This document shows, piece by piece, positions 1-9,476 of a stretch of 64,000 bases of DNA. The translations under genes and the position numbers were made by a program. The DNA comes from Candidatus Woesearchaeota archaeon (GTDB lineage: Archaea > Nanobdellota > Nanobdellia > Woesearchaeales > UBA10216): contig JACPBS010000007.1 of assembly GCA_016180195.1 (NCBI GenBank), positions 9,104 through 73,103 of the forward strand, given 5' to 3'. Under the pieces are notes generated by a model, which saw nothing but the letters and a program-made list of their open reading frames with translations, had not been told where the DNA came from and made no database searches. Position 1 is the stretch's first letter; each line of letters begins with the position of its first letter.

Positions 1-312
1 AAAAGCGACCTGAAGGAAAAGCTCCGAAATGCAAGGTTCAGGATAATCGGCATATACTCTTACGGATTTCCTGTTGCAAACATCATAAAGCCAATAAGGG
101 ACTGGCTTGCAAAAAAAGAGCTGAAAATGAAAGCAGGGAAAACAACGGAGGAAAAAACAATCGAAAGCGGACTCCATGAATCCCAGATCAATCCTCAAAA
201 CCCACTAGTCAATGACATAACATTGCAGCCATTCTACTTCCTTCAAAGAGCATTCCTGAACACTGACCTCGGCACAGGATATGTGGCATTCGCCAGGAAA
301 ATCATGGACTGA
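1..312 (+). CDS. 5'-truncated ORF, probably the C-terminus of a class I SAM-dependent methyltransferase
   Basis: Frame 1 is open from base 1 (KSDLKEKLRNARFRIIGIYSYGFP...GTGYVAFARK), resembling methyltransferase C-termini. No SAM motif is visible. Confidence 0.45.
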   Translation, partial: KSDLKEKLRNARFRIIGIYSYGFPVANIIKPIRDWLAKKELKMKAGKTTEEKTIESGLHESQINPQNPLVNDITLQPFYFLQRAFLNTDLGTGYVAFARKIMD

Positions 313-1267
313 CCACAACGATGCGCTTGCTAAGGGACTTATGAACATAATGTGTAAATTCGCCACACACCTTAAGGCCGCATTTCCTAACAATGGGCCT
401 GAAATCCACAGAATCCGGGAATACAACAACAGCCCTTTTCCCCAAAATGCCCTTCAGTCTCGATAAAAAATCAAAATACAGCTTGTCAATAGGCTGTGTT
501 GAAACTGAGTTCCTGCCGTAAGGAAGATCTGTCACAACGTAATCATAATGGGAAGACATGGTGGTAGCATCCTGCAAAGCCAAGGAAAAACGGCTTATCC
601 CCAAATGCCTGAAATTCGAAATGCAGCGATCCAGCATCCGCTCATCAACGTCATACCCGACCACCTTGAAGCCCATCAACCCGGCCTCAATAAGCAAGCC
701 CCCTGTACCGCAAAACGGATCCAGCAAAACCCCCTTTCTTATGCCAGTAAGGTTAACGATTGCCCTTGCAAGCCTGGGATCAAGCGAAACAGGGCTGAAA
801 CCAGGCCTCAAAGAAGGCTTCCTGCTGCCGAAACCATGGGCTACTTCGGAAAGGACAAGGCAACAATAAGCCTCATTTCCCGAAACAACAAGAAGAATCT
901 GGGTATGCGGATTTTTCAGGCAAACAGCCGGATTCTTCAACCGCCTCCACACCAATGCAGCCAAATCAGCCTCAGAGAAACCAAGCTTCCTGTTCCCGAA
1001 ATTCCGGATCCTGACAGAAAAATTAGTTTCATACACCCGCGACCACTGGAATTCAACAAATCTTTTCCTGATGTCCTCAATCCGCGCCCTAAAAAGAACC
1101 CTTGCCAGGGTGTTTGAATACGCAAGCCTCCCTGCAAGATGCGGGCTACCAGACCTAAATAAGAGCAAGTTGCCTTCCCAAACAAACGATCTCAAACCAA
1201 AAACAGAAACTGCCTCGGCAGCAGCAAGCCTAGCATCGGATTTCGATAGAACAAGCAGGAATTCCAT
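302..1267 (-). CDS. trmG10: tRNA (guanine10-N2)-methyltransferase (THUMP + Rossmann MTase)
   Basis: LDPRLARAIVNL, LLDPFCGTGGLLIEA and TDLPYG motifs; C-terminal YVHKSL. Confidence 0.88.
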   Translation of the reverse strand: MEFLLVLSKSDARLAAAEAVSVFGLRSFVWEGNLLLFRSGSPHLAGRLAYSNTLARVLFRARIEDIRKRFVEFQWSRVYETNFSVRIRNFGNRKLGFSEADLAALVWRRLKNPAVCLKNPHTQILLVVSGNEAYCCLVLSEVAHGFGSRKPSLRPGFSPVSLDPRLARAIVNLTGIRKGVLLDPFCGTGGLLIEAGLMGFKVVGYDVDERMLDRCISNFRHLGISRFSLALQDATTMSSHYDYVVTDLPYGRNSVSTQPIDKLYFDFLSRLKGILGKRAVVVFPDSVDFRPIVRKCGLKVCGEFTHYVHKSLSKRIVVVSP

Positions 1268-1281
1268 GCAAAAACAAGGCG

Positions 1282-1428
1282 TTAAGCCTTGCCAATGATC
1301 CTAAACATCTTTGTCCCGCACTTTGGGCAGGTTCCTTTCATCGCCTTCATCTTATTTTTCATAACAACTTCCTTAGCATCCTTCATCTCCCTTTCTTCCT
1401 TGCACTTCATGCATCTTGCCTCGACCAT
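1282..1428 (-). CDS. 48-aa zinc-ribbon protein (DUF5679-like); not in ORF track
   Basis: Hand translation MVEARCMKCKEEREMKDAKEVVMKNKMKAMKGTCPKCGTKMFRIIGKA; two CxxC; GAGGTG SD upstream. Confidence 0.85.
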   Translation of the reverse strand: MVEARCMKCKEEREMKDAKEVVMKNKMKAMKGTCPKCGTKMFRIIGKA

Positions 1429-1544
1429 TATTTCCACCTCGACATTTAAAACATATAAAAATAAAGTTCTTTCCGAACCCAGTATATATAAATTTTTGGA
1501 TTAAAACCGATAACATATTTAAACATCAACCTGAAAAGAAGAGC

Positions 1545-1868
1545 ATGGCGAGGCCGGCAGCTAGCAGGATAAGGCAAAACATAGTGGAGATACTGTACTT
1601 TGCGAAATCGGGATATGGATATGAGCTTTTCAAGACGTACATCGAGCTCTACCCAAAAACAACCATGCGATCAATATACTACCACCTTAACAAAGGGCTG
1701 CAAACAGGGGAATTCCGGATTGACAAGATCACCAAGGCAAAAGGCGAGTACAGCTGGGGAAGCGAAGCGGAAAAAAAGATATACGCACTGGGCGAAAAAG
1801 CCGCGCCAAAAATAGACAAGAAAGCCAGGGACTACTTCAGCAAGAAAAAAATCAAGCAAGCAACTTAA
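1545..1868 (+). CDS. Winged-helix-like conserved hypothetical protein
   Basis: Start re-called to MARPAAS; GYELFK...RSIYYHLNKG resembles PadR-like wHTH. Confidence 0.6.
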   Translation: MARPAASRIRQNIVEILYFAKSGYGYELFKTYIELYPKTTMRSIYYHLNKGLQTGEFRIDKITKAKGEYSWGSEAEKKIYALGEKAAPKIDKKARDYFSKKKIKQAT

Positions 1869-3024
1869 ACAGGAGCTTCAGGGTTTCCCTCAGGACAGGT
1901 GTCATCAAAAACACGATGATCAGCAAAAAAGCCAAAGACACCCTGCCCCAAATCATCTTGCCCCTTTCCTTCCCAAAAAACCTCTGCAGGGGAAGAAGAA
2001 TCATTCTGCCCCCATCTATAGGCCCAAGAGGAAGAAGGTTAGCAGTGCCGATGCCCAGGCTTAAGATGAAAATGAAATAGACAATTTCGAAAACAAAGCG
2101 ATAAGATGAAAAAGCAAGTGAGTCATCATTCCTGTACCTGTTTGAGATCCCAACAACACCGAAAAAAGGCTCGGAAGAATCCTTTGGATTGGCTCCAACC
2201 CTCAAACTGCGATCACCCACAGTAACCACATCACCCGGCTTAAGCGTGTCGGCAAACTCAAGAAATTCGGCCACGTTCCGGATTTCACGGCCGTTAAAAC
2301 TGCCATAAACCTTATTCTTCTCCAGCCCAGCTGAGTCAGCGGGGCCGCCCGGAGCAAAGTCAGAAAACGAAACCCCGACAGGCTCAAAAAGATTAGGGGT
2401 AAGGGGAATCAAAACAAAAGAAAAAACAATGAAAGCCAAAAATGCAAGCATGAAATTAAAAAACGGCCCTGCTGCATAAATGGAATACTGGACAATATCA
2501 TGCTTTTTCTGAAGGCTTTCCTCATCAGGCTCAACAAAAGCCCCGAAAAAAGGACCAAGAATGAAAGGGCCCGTGCTTTTCACCTGAACCCTATTAGCAG
2601 CGGCCACAATGCCATGACCAAACTCATGGACAACTGCAACGATAAATATGCAGACTATACCCTGCCAGAAGGGAATGAAAAACGTGGTTCCAGGAACCCT
2701 CACGCCGGGAATTACAGGGCTTATCGTGGCAGGCGAGTCAGGAACGAACAAAACAAGGTAAAGCCCGAAAAAAATAAACCCGACAACAGCAACCATGGCA
2801 ACAAAACCCACGATTATTCCAATATACCCAAGAAACCGGATCAGCCTTGAATACCTCGAACCAAGAGAGGACATAAGCCTGATGCCGAATCTTGTCTTCA
2901 AAATCGCAAAAACGCCTAAATGAATCTCAAATCGTTTCCTGAAAACATAAACAAGAACGAAAATCAGGGAATAAAAAAGAACAATCCACTTGAAATCCAG
3001 AATCGAATCGATTAAAGACCCCAT
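1852..3024 (-). CDS. Site-2 (M50) intramembrane metalloprotease with PDZ-like insert
   Basis: HEFGH, GAFVEPD, AAGPFFN and NLLPLGPIDGG motifs; multiple TM segments. Confidence 0.93.
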   Translation of the reverse strand: MGSLIDSILDFKWIVLFYSLIFVLVYVFRKRFEIHLGVFAILKTRFGIRLMSSLGSRYSRLIRFLGYIGIIVGFVAMVAVVGFIFFGLYLVLFVPDSPATISPVIPGVRVPGTTFFIPFWQGIVCIFIVAVVHEFGHGIVAAANRVQVKSTGPFILGPFFGAFVEPDEESLQKKHDIVQYSIYAAGPFFNFMLAFLAFIVFSFVLIPLTPNLFEPVGVSFSDFAPGGPADSAGLEKNKVYGSFNGREIRNVAEFLEFADTLKPGDVVTVGDRSLRVGANPKDSSEPFFGVVGISNRYRNDDSLAFSSYRFVFEIVYFIFILSLGIGTANLLPLGPIDGGRMILLPLQRFFGKERGKMIWGRVSLAFLLIIVFLMTPVLRETLKLLFKLLA

Positions 3025-3033
3025 AGTAAAACT

Positions 3034-3195
3034 CTACTTTCTCCTCACAGGCCTAAGCGCCTTGCTCCCGCACTTCCTACAGTTAACCTTACCCTGAACA
3101 ACCTTGAGGTTCGGAGCCCTGACCTTGGACTTGCATTTCCTGCACACGAACATATTCTTGAAAAACCTGGCCTCTGCCTCTGGAAACTTAACCAT
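3034..3195 (-). CDS. rpl40e: 50S ribosomal protein L40e; not in ORF track
   Basis: Hand translation MVKFPEAEARFFKNMFVCRKCKSKVRAPNLKVVQGKVNCRKCGSKALRPVRRK. Confidence 0.88.
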   Translation of the reverse strand: MVKFPEAEARFFKNMFVCRKCKSKVRAPNLKVVQGKVNCRKCGSKALRPVRRK

Positions 3196-3196
3196 C

Positions 3197-3598
3197 TTAC
3201 TCCTCTCCTCCCTTTACCTGCTTCATGAACTTATAATCCATAACATGCCAGTAAAGAACAATAGTCCCGGCAACGCAGCTATCCTTCATTTCCTCAGGGA
3301 TCTCCAGATCAAAGGTCTCGTAGCTCTCCATGTCCATTACATTCGCCAGGTTTCCCTTAACAGACAGAACCTGTGCATTCTTCTTGTCAATAATAGGAAC
3401 CTCAACATTATCATGGGCAGGCAAAACAATAACCCGCTTCCTGTTGTCCACGATACCAACACCCTCAATCCTCATCTTGGCATGACCATGCTTTCCCGGC
3501 CTTGAAGTCTGGATGCTGCCTATCTTGCAAGGCTCACCATCCATCAGCAAGTAGCTTCCGTCCTTCAGAGAATTGGCCCCAACAGTCTTTGTCGTCAT
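3197..3598 (-). CDS. eif5a: Translation factor aIF5A
   Basis: Hypusine loop SRPGKHGHAK. Confidence 0.96.
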   Translation of the reverse strand: MTTKTVGANSLKDGSYLLMDGEPCKIGSIQTSRPGKHGHAKMRIEGVGIVDNRKRVIVLPAHDNVEVPIIDKKNAQVLSVKGNLANVMDMESYETFDLEIPEEMKDSCVAGTIVLYWHVMDYKFMKQVKGGEE

Positions 3599-3657
3599 AA
3601 ATTCACGAAAAACAGTGAATATTTAAAGGTTTGTATTGCTGTCGAGGACCAAATATT

Positions 3658-4311
3658 CTATAAAAATTTTCGCTTTCTAATAATATTCCTGATCTCCCTC
3701 TCCAGGAAATCGGCGTTCTCAAACTCGCTTTCCTTCTTCCGGAAAAGGGAGCTGTGATGGACCGTCCTGCTTTTGGACTGGCCGAACTTCATCTTCTTAT
3801 GGAGAAGCTCATGATACATCAGATAGTCAATTATGTCCTTCCTGCCCCGGAAAACCATGCTGACGCTAACGGTATCCGAGTGGTAGTTATAGCTTGCAAG
3901 CCTGCTTCTCGAATCATGCCAGGCAAAATTAGGCATCTCGACCAGACCATCAAAATATTTTTCATTCACCCTGCAGAAGGACTCCTCCAAGAACATGTCA
4001 CGCCCTGTCTTAGGCATGCTCAAGTGGAGATTGCGGATAAAATTATTGTAAAGGCCGATGCTGACAGGCCTTGATTCAACCCTTACAAGCCTTGAGGTGA
4101 GGGACTGCAACAGCCCAAGAACAATCTCATCATTAACTTCCTTCCATTCCTTTCCGAGGCTGAACCTCAACTGATTCCCCTTTTTCCTCACATTTGCGTT
4201 ATACTTTCCAAGCCTTCCCGAGTAAATGACCTCCACATCAAAGCAATACCCGTTTTCCCCAAGAAATTCCACAAATGACTCCTGAAGCGACATATCAGTA
4301 ATTAATCTCAT
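3658..4311 (-). CDS. SprT/YgjP-like zinc metallopeptidase domain protein
   Basis: YLMYHELLH followed by HHSSLF; true start may be MSLQESF. Confidence 0.75.
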   Translation of the reverse strand: MRLITDMSLQESFVEFLGENGYCFDVEVIYSGRLGKYNANVRKKGNQLRFSLGKEWKEVNDEIVLGLLQSLTSRLVRVESRPVSIGLYNNFIRNLHLSMPKTGRDMFLEESFCRVNEKYFDGLVEMPNFAWHDSRSRLASYNYHSDTVSVSMVFRGRKDIIDYLMYHELLHKKMKFGQSKSRTVHHSSLFRKKESEFENADFLEREIRNIIRKRKFL

Positions 4312-5392
4312 ACCTCAGAATGGCTGCAATGCCGCCAAAATCACGAAGCTGGGCGCCCTCGCGTGTCTCGGTAGAAATTATCTCCACCCTTGTACCGAAT
4401 TTCTTTGCCTCCTCCTCAAATTCCGCAATGAGCTCCCCCTCATTCGACTCGGAAAGCAAGAGAACATCAACTATCCCGTTCTTCAACTGCTTCATAACCT
4501 CATCCCTGCCGTAGCTAACCATTCCCTGCCTTGTCGAGAGCAAGTCAAAGAACCTGCCCAAAATCTTCTTCTCCGCAACAAGCCCCTCCTCTGCCAGGAC
4601 ATCATAGCTCTTGTCAACAAGCTCCTGAAGCCCGAACTCGTCAGTGTAAGAAAGATCCTTAATGGCTATCACCCTGTTCTTCAGCTCAGTCGGCATGTAA
4701 CTGCCCTCGACAAAATCATACTTTGTCGGGCCGGGACCACCTACAATTATTCCCTTCAGATCAGGCTTCCCGAAAAACTCATCCTTCACATGCTCACCAA
4801 GGCGCGTATAGAACTCCTTGGCAGCGCCCTCCCTCAGCCTCTCGAATCTTTGACTGCTCTGTCCGCCGGCCTTCGTCTTTCCCGGAACATTTGAAGTGTA
4901 TTTTGCAAGAGGAGTGATCGTTTTCCCCTTCAGAACGGCAATTATCCCCTCCCTGCGGTCCATAACAACGAGCCCATACATCTCCTTGACCTCAAGCATG
5001 TCCTTCAGAATATCAAGCTGGAAGGTCTTGTCACACCTGTATATCCTAGTCTGGAGAGGGATTGGGGGCTCAATGCTCCACACCCTTAGGTCAATCTGAC
5101 CCTGCCTGGCAACATTCCCAGAGAAGACCGCAAGCCCATTCTCAGGGGTCTGCTTGAAAAGCTTAAGGTGCTGGATCATCCTCTCGAGAGCGGAAATCAC
5201 ATTCTTCCTTGTTGAAGCAGACTTGATATTTGATGCAGTGCCCTGCTCCTGCGCAAGATGGTTGATTATCTTGGTCATATCATAACCCCGGGGAATGTAG
5301 ACAGAAATAAGCTCGGTATGAAGAGCACGGTGGCTGTCAAGCTCAACAACAAACTTCTTCAGGTCATACTTCTGCTTGGCAGTCAAAGACAT
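4295..5392 (-). CDS. prf1: Peptide chain release factor aRF1
   Basis: TASNIKS, YRCDKTF, GGQS and GGIAAILRY motifs. Confidence 0.97.
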   Translation of the reverse strand: MSLTAKQKYDLKKFVVELDSHRALHTELISVYIPRGYDMTKIINHLAQEQGTASNIKSASTRKNVISALERMIQHLKLFKQTPENGLAVFSGNVARQGQIDLRVWSIEPPIPLQTRIYRCDKTFQLDILKDMLEVKEMYGLVVMDRREGIIAVLKGKTITPLAKYTSNVPGKTKAGGQSSQRFERLREGAAKEFYTRLGEHVKDEFFGKPDLKGIIVGGPGPTKYDFVEGSYMPTELKNRVIAIKDLSYTDEFGLQELVDKSYDVLAEEGLVAEKKILGRFFDLLSTRQGMVSYGRDEVMKQLKNGIVDVLLLSESNEGELIAEFEEEAKKFGTRVEIISTETREGAQLRDFGGIAAILRYEINY

Positions 5393-5415
5393 AAGAGCAA
5401 AGATTAAGACAGAGA

Positions 5416-5423
5416 TTTATAAA
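5416..5423 (-). promoter_or_regulatory. TATA box for aRF1 (likely leaderless mRNA)
   Basis: TTTATAAA about 24 nt upstream of the start codon. Confidence 0.55.
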
Positions 5424-5516
5424 AGTTTTCTGATCGCAAAATGCACATCTCCCAACTCCCAACAATAAGTTTTAAAATAGCCAGATACTCCAGCAAAAAA
5501 AGCGAGTGAGGGAAAC

Positions 5517-5657
5517 GGGGCTGTAGTGCAACTTGGCCAACACACAAGGTTTGGGACACGAATCTGCGCATCCGCAATAGTGTCAGAAGACCTTGTAATC
5601 GGGGTTCAAAAACGGCTTCTGGCAATCCAGGGCCGATTGAAAGTCCTCGCAGCCCCA
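5517..5657 (+). tRNA. tRNA-Pro(TGG) with two introns (37/38: 5556-5589; 59/60: 5611-5643)
   Basis: Acceptor GGGGCTG/CAGCCCC-A; anticodon arm CAAGG-TT-TGG-GA-CCTTG; T arm CGGGG-TTCAAAT-CCTCG after removing two BHB-like inserts. Confidence 0.9.
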
Positions 5658-5677
5658 TATTTCCCATAGTCAATAAC

Positions 5678-5685
5678 TTTATAAA
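5678..5685 (+). promoter_or_regulatory. TATA box of the L37ae-rpoP-pcc1-pfdB operon
   Basis: TTTATAAA ending 25 nt before ATG 5711. Confidence 0.55.
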
Positions 5686-5710
5686 TAACCTTCATACTCG
5701 TTTTAAAAGC

Positions 5711-5956
5711 ATGGCAACGCTGACTAAATATGGCTCGACAAAACGCTTCGGCCCCAGGTACGGACGGCGCGTGAAGGAGAAATTTGGAAAGATCGAGAAG
5801 GAAAGAAATGAATCATCAACATGCCCGCAATGCAGAAAAACAAGGATGAAAAGGCTTGCCTCCGGGATATGGAGCTGCAAGAAATGCAACATAAAAATGG
5901 CCGGCGGAGCATACATCATCAGAAAAATAGCAACGGAAGCCAAGGAATCCGAATAA
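5711..5956 (+). CDS. rpl37ae: 50S ribosomal protein L37ae
   Basis: RFGPRYG, CPQC, GIWSCKKC, AGGAY. Confidence 0.95.
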   Translation: MATLTKYGSTKRFGPRYGRRVKEKFGKIEKERNESSTCPQCRKTRMKRLASGIWSCKKCNIKMAGGAYIIRKIATEAKESE

Positions 5957-5957
5957 G

Positions 5958-6095
5958 ATGGTAGAATACAAGTGCTTTAACTGCAACAAGAAGGTTTCAG
6001 TGGATTATCTTAGGAAAAAGGTAAGATGCCCCTACTGTGGAAGCAAGATACTCTTCAAGCCAAGGAAATCGATCACAAAGATCAAGGCAAGATGA
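5958..6095 (+). CDS. rpoP: RNA polymerase subunit P (Rpo12); not in ORF track
   Basis: MVEYKCFNCNKKV...VRCPYCGSKILFKPR...IKAR; conserved position after L37ae. Confidence 0.93.
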   Translation: MVEYKCFNCNKKVSVDYLRKKVRCPYCGSKILFKPRKSITKIKAR

Positions 6096-6322
6096 AATAT
6101 CAGGCATTGCTTACTGTTGAGGGGGACAAAGACCTGATTTTCGAGGCATTTTCCCCGGAAAGCAAGAATAAGAAAAGCTCAAGGTCTGAATACACAATAT
6201 CGAAGTCCAGGGAAGGCATCAAATTTGCAATCCATGCAGGGGATGCAACAGCATTTCGCGCCATCATAAACAGCATAACCAGACAGCTTTCAGTAATTGA
6301 AAAGGCAACAAGAATAACATGA
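6092..6322 (+). CDS. pcc1: KEOPS subunit Pcc1
   Basis: Start re-called to MKYQALL (ATGA overlap with rpoP); AGDATAFRAIINS motif; synteny with rpoP and prefoldin. Confidence 0.8.
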   Translation: MKYQALLTVEGDKDLIFEAFSPESKNKKSSRSEYTISKSREGIKFAIHAGDATAFRAIINSITRQLSVIEKATRIT

Positions 6323-6651
6323 CAATCCCAAAAGACGTAGAAGAGAAGATACAGCAACTTCAGCTTCTAGAGCAAAATCTCCAGAATTTCATCATACAGA
6401 AACAGACACTTCAGATGCAGCTGGTGGAGCTTGAAAACGCAATCACAGAACTGGAAAAAACAGAAACAGCATTCAAGATCATAGGGAACATCATGGTAAA
6501 GGTCAGCAAGGACGAACTAAAAAAAGACCTTGAATCAAGAAAGGAGGTCTCAGCCCTCCGGGCCAATACCATAGAGAAACAGGAGATCCTGATAAGGGAA
6601 AGAGCCTCTAAGCTTCAAAAAGAAGTTCTTGGAGAAATGAAGGAACAGTGA
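6319..6651 (+). CDS. pfdB: Prefoldin beta subunit
   Basis: Coiled coils flanking AFKIIGNIMVK hairpin. Confidence 0.92.
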   Translation: MTIPKDVEEKIQQLQLLEQNLQNFIIQKQTLQMQLVELENAITELEKTETAFKIIGNIMVKVSKDELKKDLESRKEVSALRANTIEKQEILIRERASKLQKEVLGEMKEQ

Positions 6652-6654
6652 AAA

Positions 6655-6897
6655 ATGCCGGAAAAAATCAACTCGATACTAAATGCACTTTCGGAGCTGG
6701 AGCAGGACACCAGCGTACCCCGGAACATCAAGGACAAGATACAAAAAACCATTGGGACCCTGCAGAGCGAAAGCGAGCTTTCATTAAGGATAGACCGCGC
6801 GCTCCAAGAGCTTGACGAGATAGCTGACGACATCAACCTGCAGGCCTATACAAGAACACAGATATGGAACATAGTAAGCATGCTCGAAAAACTATGA
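6655..6897 (+). CDS. UPF0147 family protein
   Basis: DTSVPRNIK and RTQIWNIVSMLE motifs. Confidence 0.9.
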   Translation: MPEKINSILNALSELEQDTSVPRNIKDKIQKTIGTLQSESELSLRIDRALQELDEIADDINLQAYTRTQIWNIVSMLEKL

Positions 6898-7446
6898 GCG
6901 CTTCCTCTTCTTAACAAGGACTATGTTCTTCACAAGCAGTGTATTCGGCACAAATATCAGGTCCCCCTCCCTCGTCTCCAGACGCGTATCAACAAGATCT
7001 ATGCGAATGATCTTCCCTTCCAGTCCGCCGGCCCTTATTATGTCACCTATCTGAATAATTCCCTTCTGGTGCAGGAAAATTCCGCTGAAGAAATTCCTTA
7101 CGAAGTCAACCAGCGAAAGGGTAACAGATGCCAGAATTATGATGATTATCAGTATCGCAATGATATTAAACAACAGATCCTCCAGGTTGAGGGTGTCAAC
7201 AGCCAGGGCAACAGTCAGGAAATAAATAAGAAACATCACAATCGAACCCACAATCTCATCCGCCGGGATGCTGACCCGAACAGAGCTGCTGATCATCTTA
7301 TTAACCTCGATTTCGGACAGAAACCTCCCGACAAACCTTCCCATAAGCCTTCCGACAATGAAGCCTATAAGAAGGATAATCGCGGCAACCACCAGATTGT
7401 TAAGCATCCCCCTTATAAAAGGGAAAACACCCTCAAGAAACACCAT
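6892..7446 (-). CDS. Small MscS-type mechanosensitive channel protein
   Basis: TM helices, then NFFSGIFL...IGDIIRAGGLEGKI...FVPN. Confidence 0.85.
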   Translation of the reverse strand: MVFLEGVFPFIRGMLNNLVVAAIILLIGFIVGRLMGRFVGRFLSEIEVNKMISSSVRVSIPADEIVGSIVMFLIYFLTVALAVDTLNLEDLLFNIIAILIIIIILASVTLSLVDFVRNFFSGIFLHQKGIIQIGDIIRAGGLEGKIIRIDLVDTRLETREGDLIFVPNTLLVKNIVLVKKRKRS

Positions 7447-7501
7447 TAGCCAATATTTTGAATATAATTTTATAAAGGTTTTTAATTTTTATCAATGCAA
7501 A

Positions 7502-8587
7502 ATGCCTGATTACAATGACAAGATAAAGGAGCTAGAAGGGGAGATACAGAAAACCCAGTATAACAAGGCAACACAGCACCACATCGGGCTGATCAAAGCC
7601 AAGATCTCCATACTTAGAAAGAAGGCCGAATCCAGGGCCAAGAAAACCGGGGGCGAAGGCTTTGCGGTGAGGAAAAGCGGGGATGCGACAGCCTGCCTCA
7701 TAGGATTCCCCTCTGTGGGAAAGTCAACACTGCTGAACAGGCTGACGAATGCCGAGTCAAAAACAGCGTCATACGCATTCACCACGCTCACATGCATTCC
7801 AGGAACAATGAACTATAACTCCGCGAAAATACAGATTCTGGACCTTCCCGGAATAATAAAGGGCGCATCTGGCGGCCTAGGCAAGGGAAGGGAAGTAATA
7901 GCTGTTGTAAGAAGCTCAGACCTCGCAATAATAGTGGCCGATGTGTTCGACACCAAGCAGGTGGATGCAATAAGAAAGGAACTGTACGATTCCAACATAA
8001 GACTTGATGAGACCCCTCCACAAGTAACCATCAAGCAAACCGATAGAGGCGGCATCCAGGTGGCGAGCCTTAGAAAGCTGACAAAGATAGACGCCGAAAC
8101 GGTAACGGCGATACTCAAGGAATACAGGATAAATAACGGCTACGTAACCATAAAGGAGGATATAAGTGCAGAACGGCTGATAGATGCGCTTGAAGGAAAC
8201 AGGGTTTTCCTGCCATCCCTTATCGTACTCAACAAATCAGACCTAGTCTCAAAAGAGGAAGCTGAAAATGCTGCAAGACTGACGAACGGAATCCCGTTAT
8301 CTGCGGAAAACAAATCAAACATAGAAATGCTAAAGGAAACAATCTACAGGAAACTGAGGCTCATGAGAATATACCTCAAGGAGTATGGGAAAAAAACAGA
8401 CAACGAGCCATTGATAGTGAGGCAGAACTCAACAATAATGGACATCTGCAGGAAACTTCATAAGGATTTCATAAACAAGTTCAAGTATGCAAAGGTATGG
8501 GGGAAATCGTCCAAATACCCGGGCGAAAGATTCAGGATGGAGCATGTACTCCAGGACCAGGATATTGTTGAGGTAAAACTAAGATAA
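7502..8587 (+). CDS. DRG/Obg-family GTPase with TGS domain
   Basis: Start re-called to MPDYNDK; NKATQHH, GFPSVGKST, YAFTT, DLPGII and NKSD motifs. Confidence 0.95.
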   Translation: MPDYNDKIKELEGEIQKTQYNKATQHHIGLIKAKISILRKKAESRAKKTGGEGFAVRKSGDATACLIGFPSVGKSTLLNRLTNAESKTASYAFTTLTCIPGTMNYNSAKIQILDLPGIIKGASGGLGKGREVIAVVRSSDLAIIVADVFDTKQVDAIRKELYDSNIRLDETPPQVTIKQTDRGGIQVASLRKLTKIDAETVTAILKEYRINNGYVTIKEDISAERLIDALEGNRVFLPSLIVLNKSDLVSKEEAENAARLTNGIPLSAENKSNIEMLKETIYRKLRLMRIYLKEYGKKTDNEPLIVRQNSTIMDICRKLHKDFINKFKYAKVWGKSSKYPGERFRMEHVLQDQDIVEVKLR

Positions 8588-8591
8588 AAAA

Positions 8592-9476
8592 CTATAACTG
8601 CTCCTTCACGCTCGACTTCAAGGTATCCATTTCCTCCTCGTAAGTCCTTACCCCATAATCGTTTCCTGACTTCCCCTGCCTCTTTGGCACCTCAAAATGC
8701 AGATCTTCGTCGCTTATCTCCTCAACAAATATTCTCGGAGCAGCAACGCGCTTCTTTTCCTTCTTTACCTTGATGACCGCCATCAGGTGCTCATCAGTTA
8801 TCCTCGAAGCCTTCCTGTCAGCTGCAACCTTGAAGATATCCTCACAGTTCTCAAGAAGCTTTCTTGGGTTGCTCCCCGAAAGCCTGTAAATCTTCTTAAT
8901 CATGCTGTCAGAAATAAAATCAAGGCTCCCAATGCGCTTCCTGACAAGGTCAACCGCACTTTCCGGCTTAAGCTTTGAAAGGAACTTCACATTATCCTTC
9001 ACAAGCTCATTTATGCCGTCACCAAGCTTTTCTCCCGGGACCTCTGTCCCGAAGAACACTATTGATTTGAAATTCCCTTTCCTGAAAAACCTGAGTATAT
9101 CATTCGACTCCTGCTTCTTAATATCCTGAGCCTCGTCAACTAGCAGTATCATGTTTTTTGAAGGGCTTGAAAAAAGCCTGCCAAAAAATGATGTATTGAC
9201 CAAGAGCTTCCTGAAATCAGTCTTCTTGTCTGACGTGTTGCAGCTGGTATATATGACCCTGCCCTTTCCACCAAACCGGGCAATAATATTCTTCAATATG
9301 GTTGTCTTCCCTATGCCCATGGGGCCTGAAATGTAAAGAACACCGCCCGATTCCACCTTGCCGAACACATCCTCAAGATCGTAACCAATAATCTCGGAAT
9401 GGAACGCTGCGGGCTTTATGCTGAAAGGATTGTTATAAAACCCCAGCCTATTGTACCAAAGCTCAGTTTGCGACAT
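8592..9476 (-). CDS. ExeA/GspA-like AAA+ ATPase (paralog 2)
   Basis: Start MSQTELWY with GGTGA SD; LGFYNNPF, GPMGIGKT, LLVDEAQ, SGSNPR. Confidence 0.8.
   Translation of the reverse strand: MSQTELWYNRLGFYNNPFSIKPAAFHSEIIGYDLEDVFGKVESGGVLYISGPMGIGKTTILKNIIARFGGKGRVIYTSCNTSDKKTDFRKLLVNTSFFGRLFSSPSKNMILLVDEAQDIKKQESNDILRFFRKGNFKSIVFFGTEVPGEKLGDGINELVKDNVKFLSKLKPESAVDLVRKRIGSLDFISDSMIKKIYRLSGSNPRKLLENCEDIFKVAADRKASRITDEHLMAVIKVKKEKKRVAAPRIFVEEISDEDLHFEVPKRQGKSGNDYGVRTYEEEMDTLKSSVKEQL

Noticed and set aside
5404-5673. 89-aa minus-strand ORF
   Set aside because: Antisense to tRNA-Pro and the promoters; no protein features.
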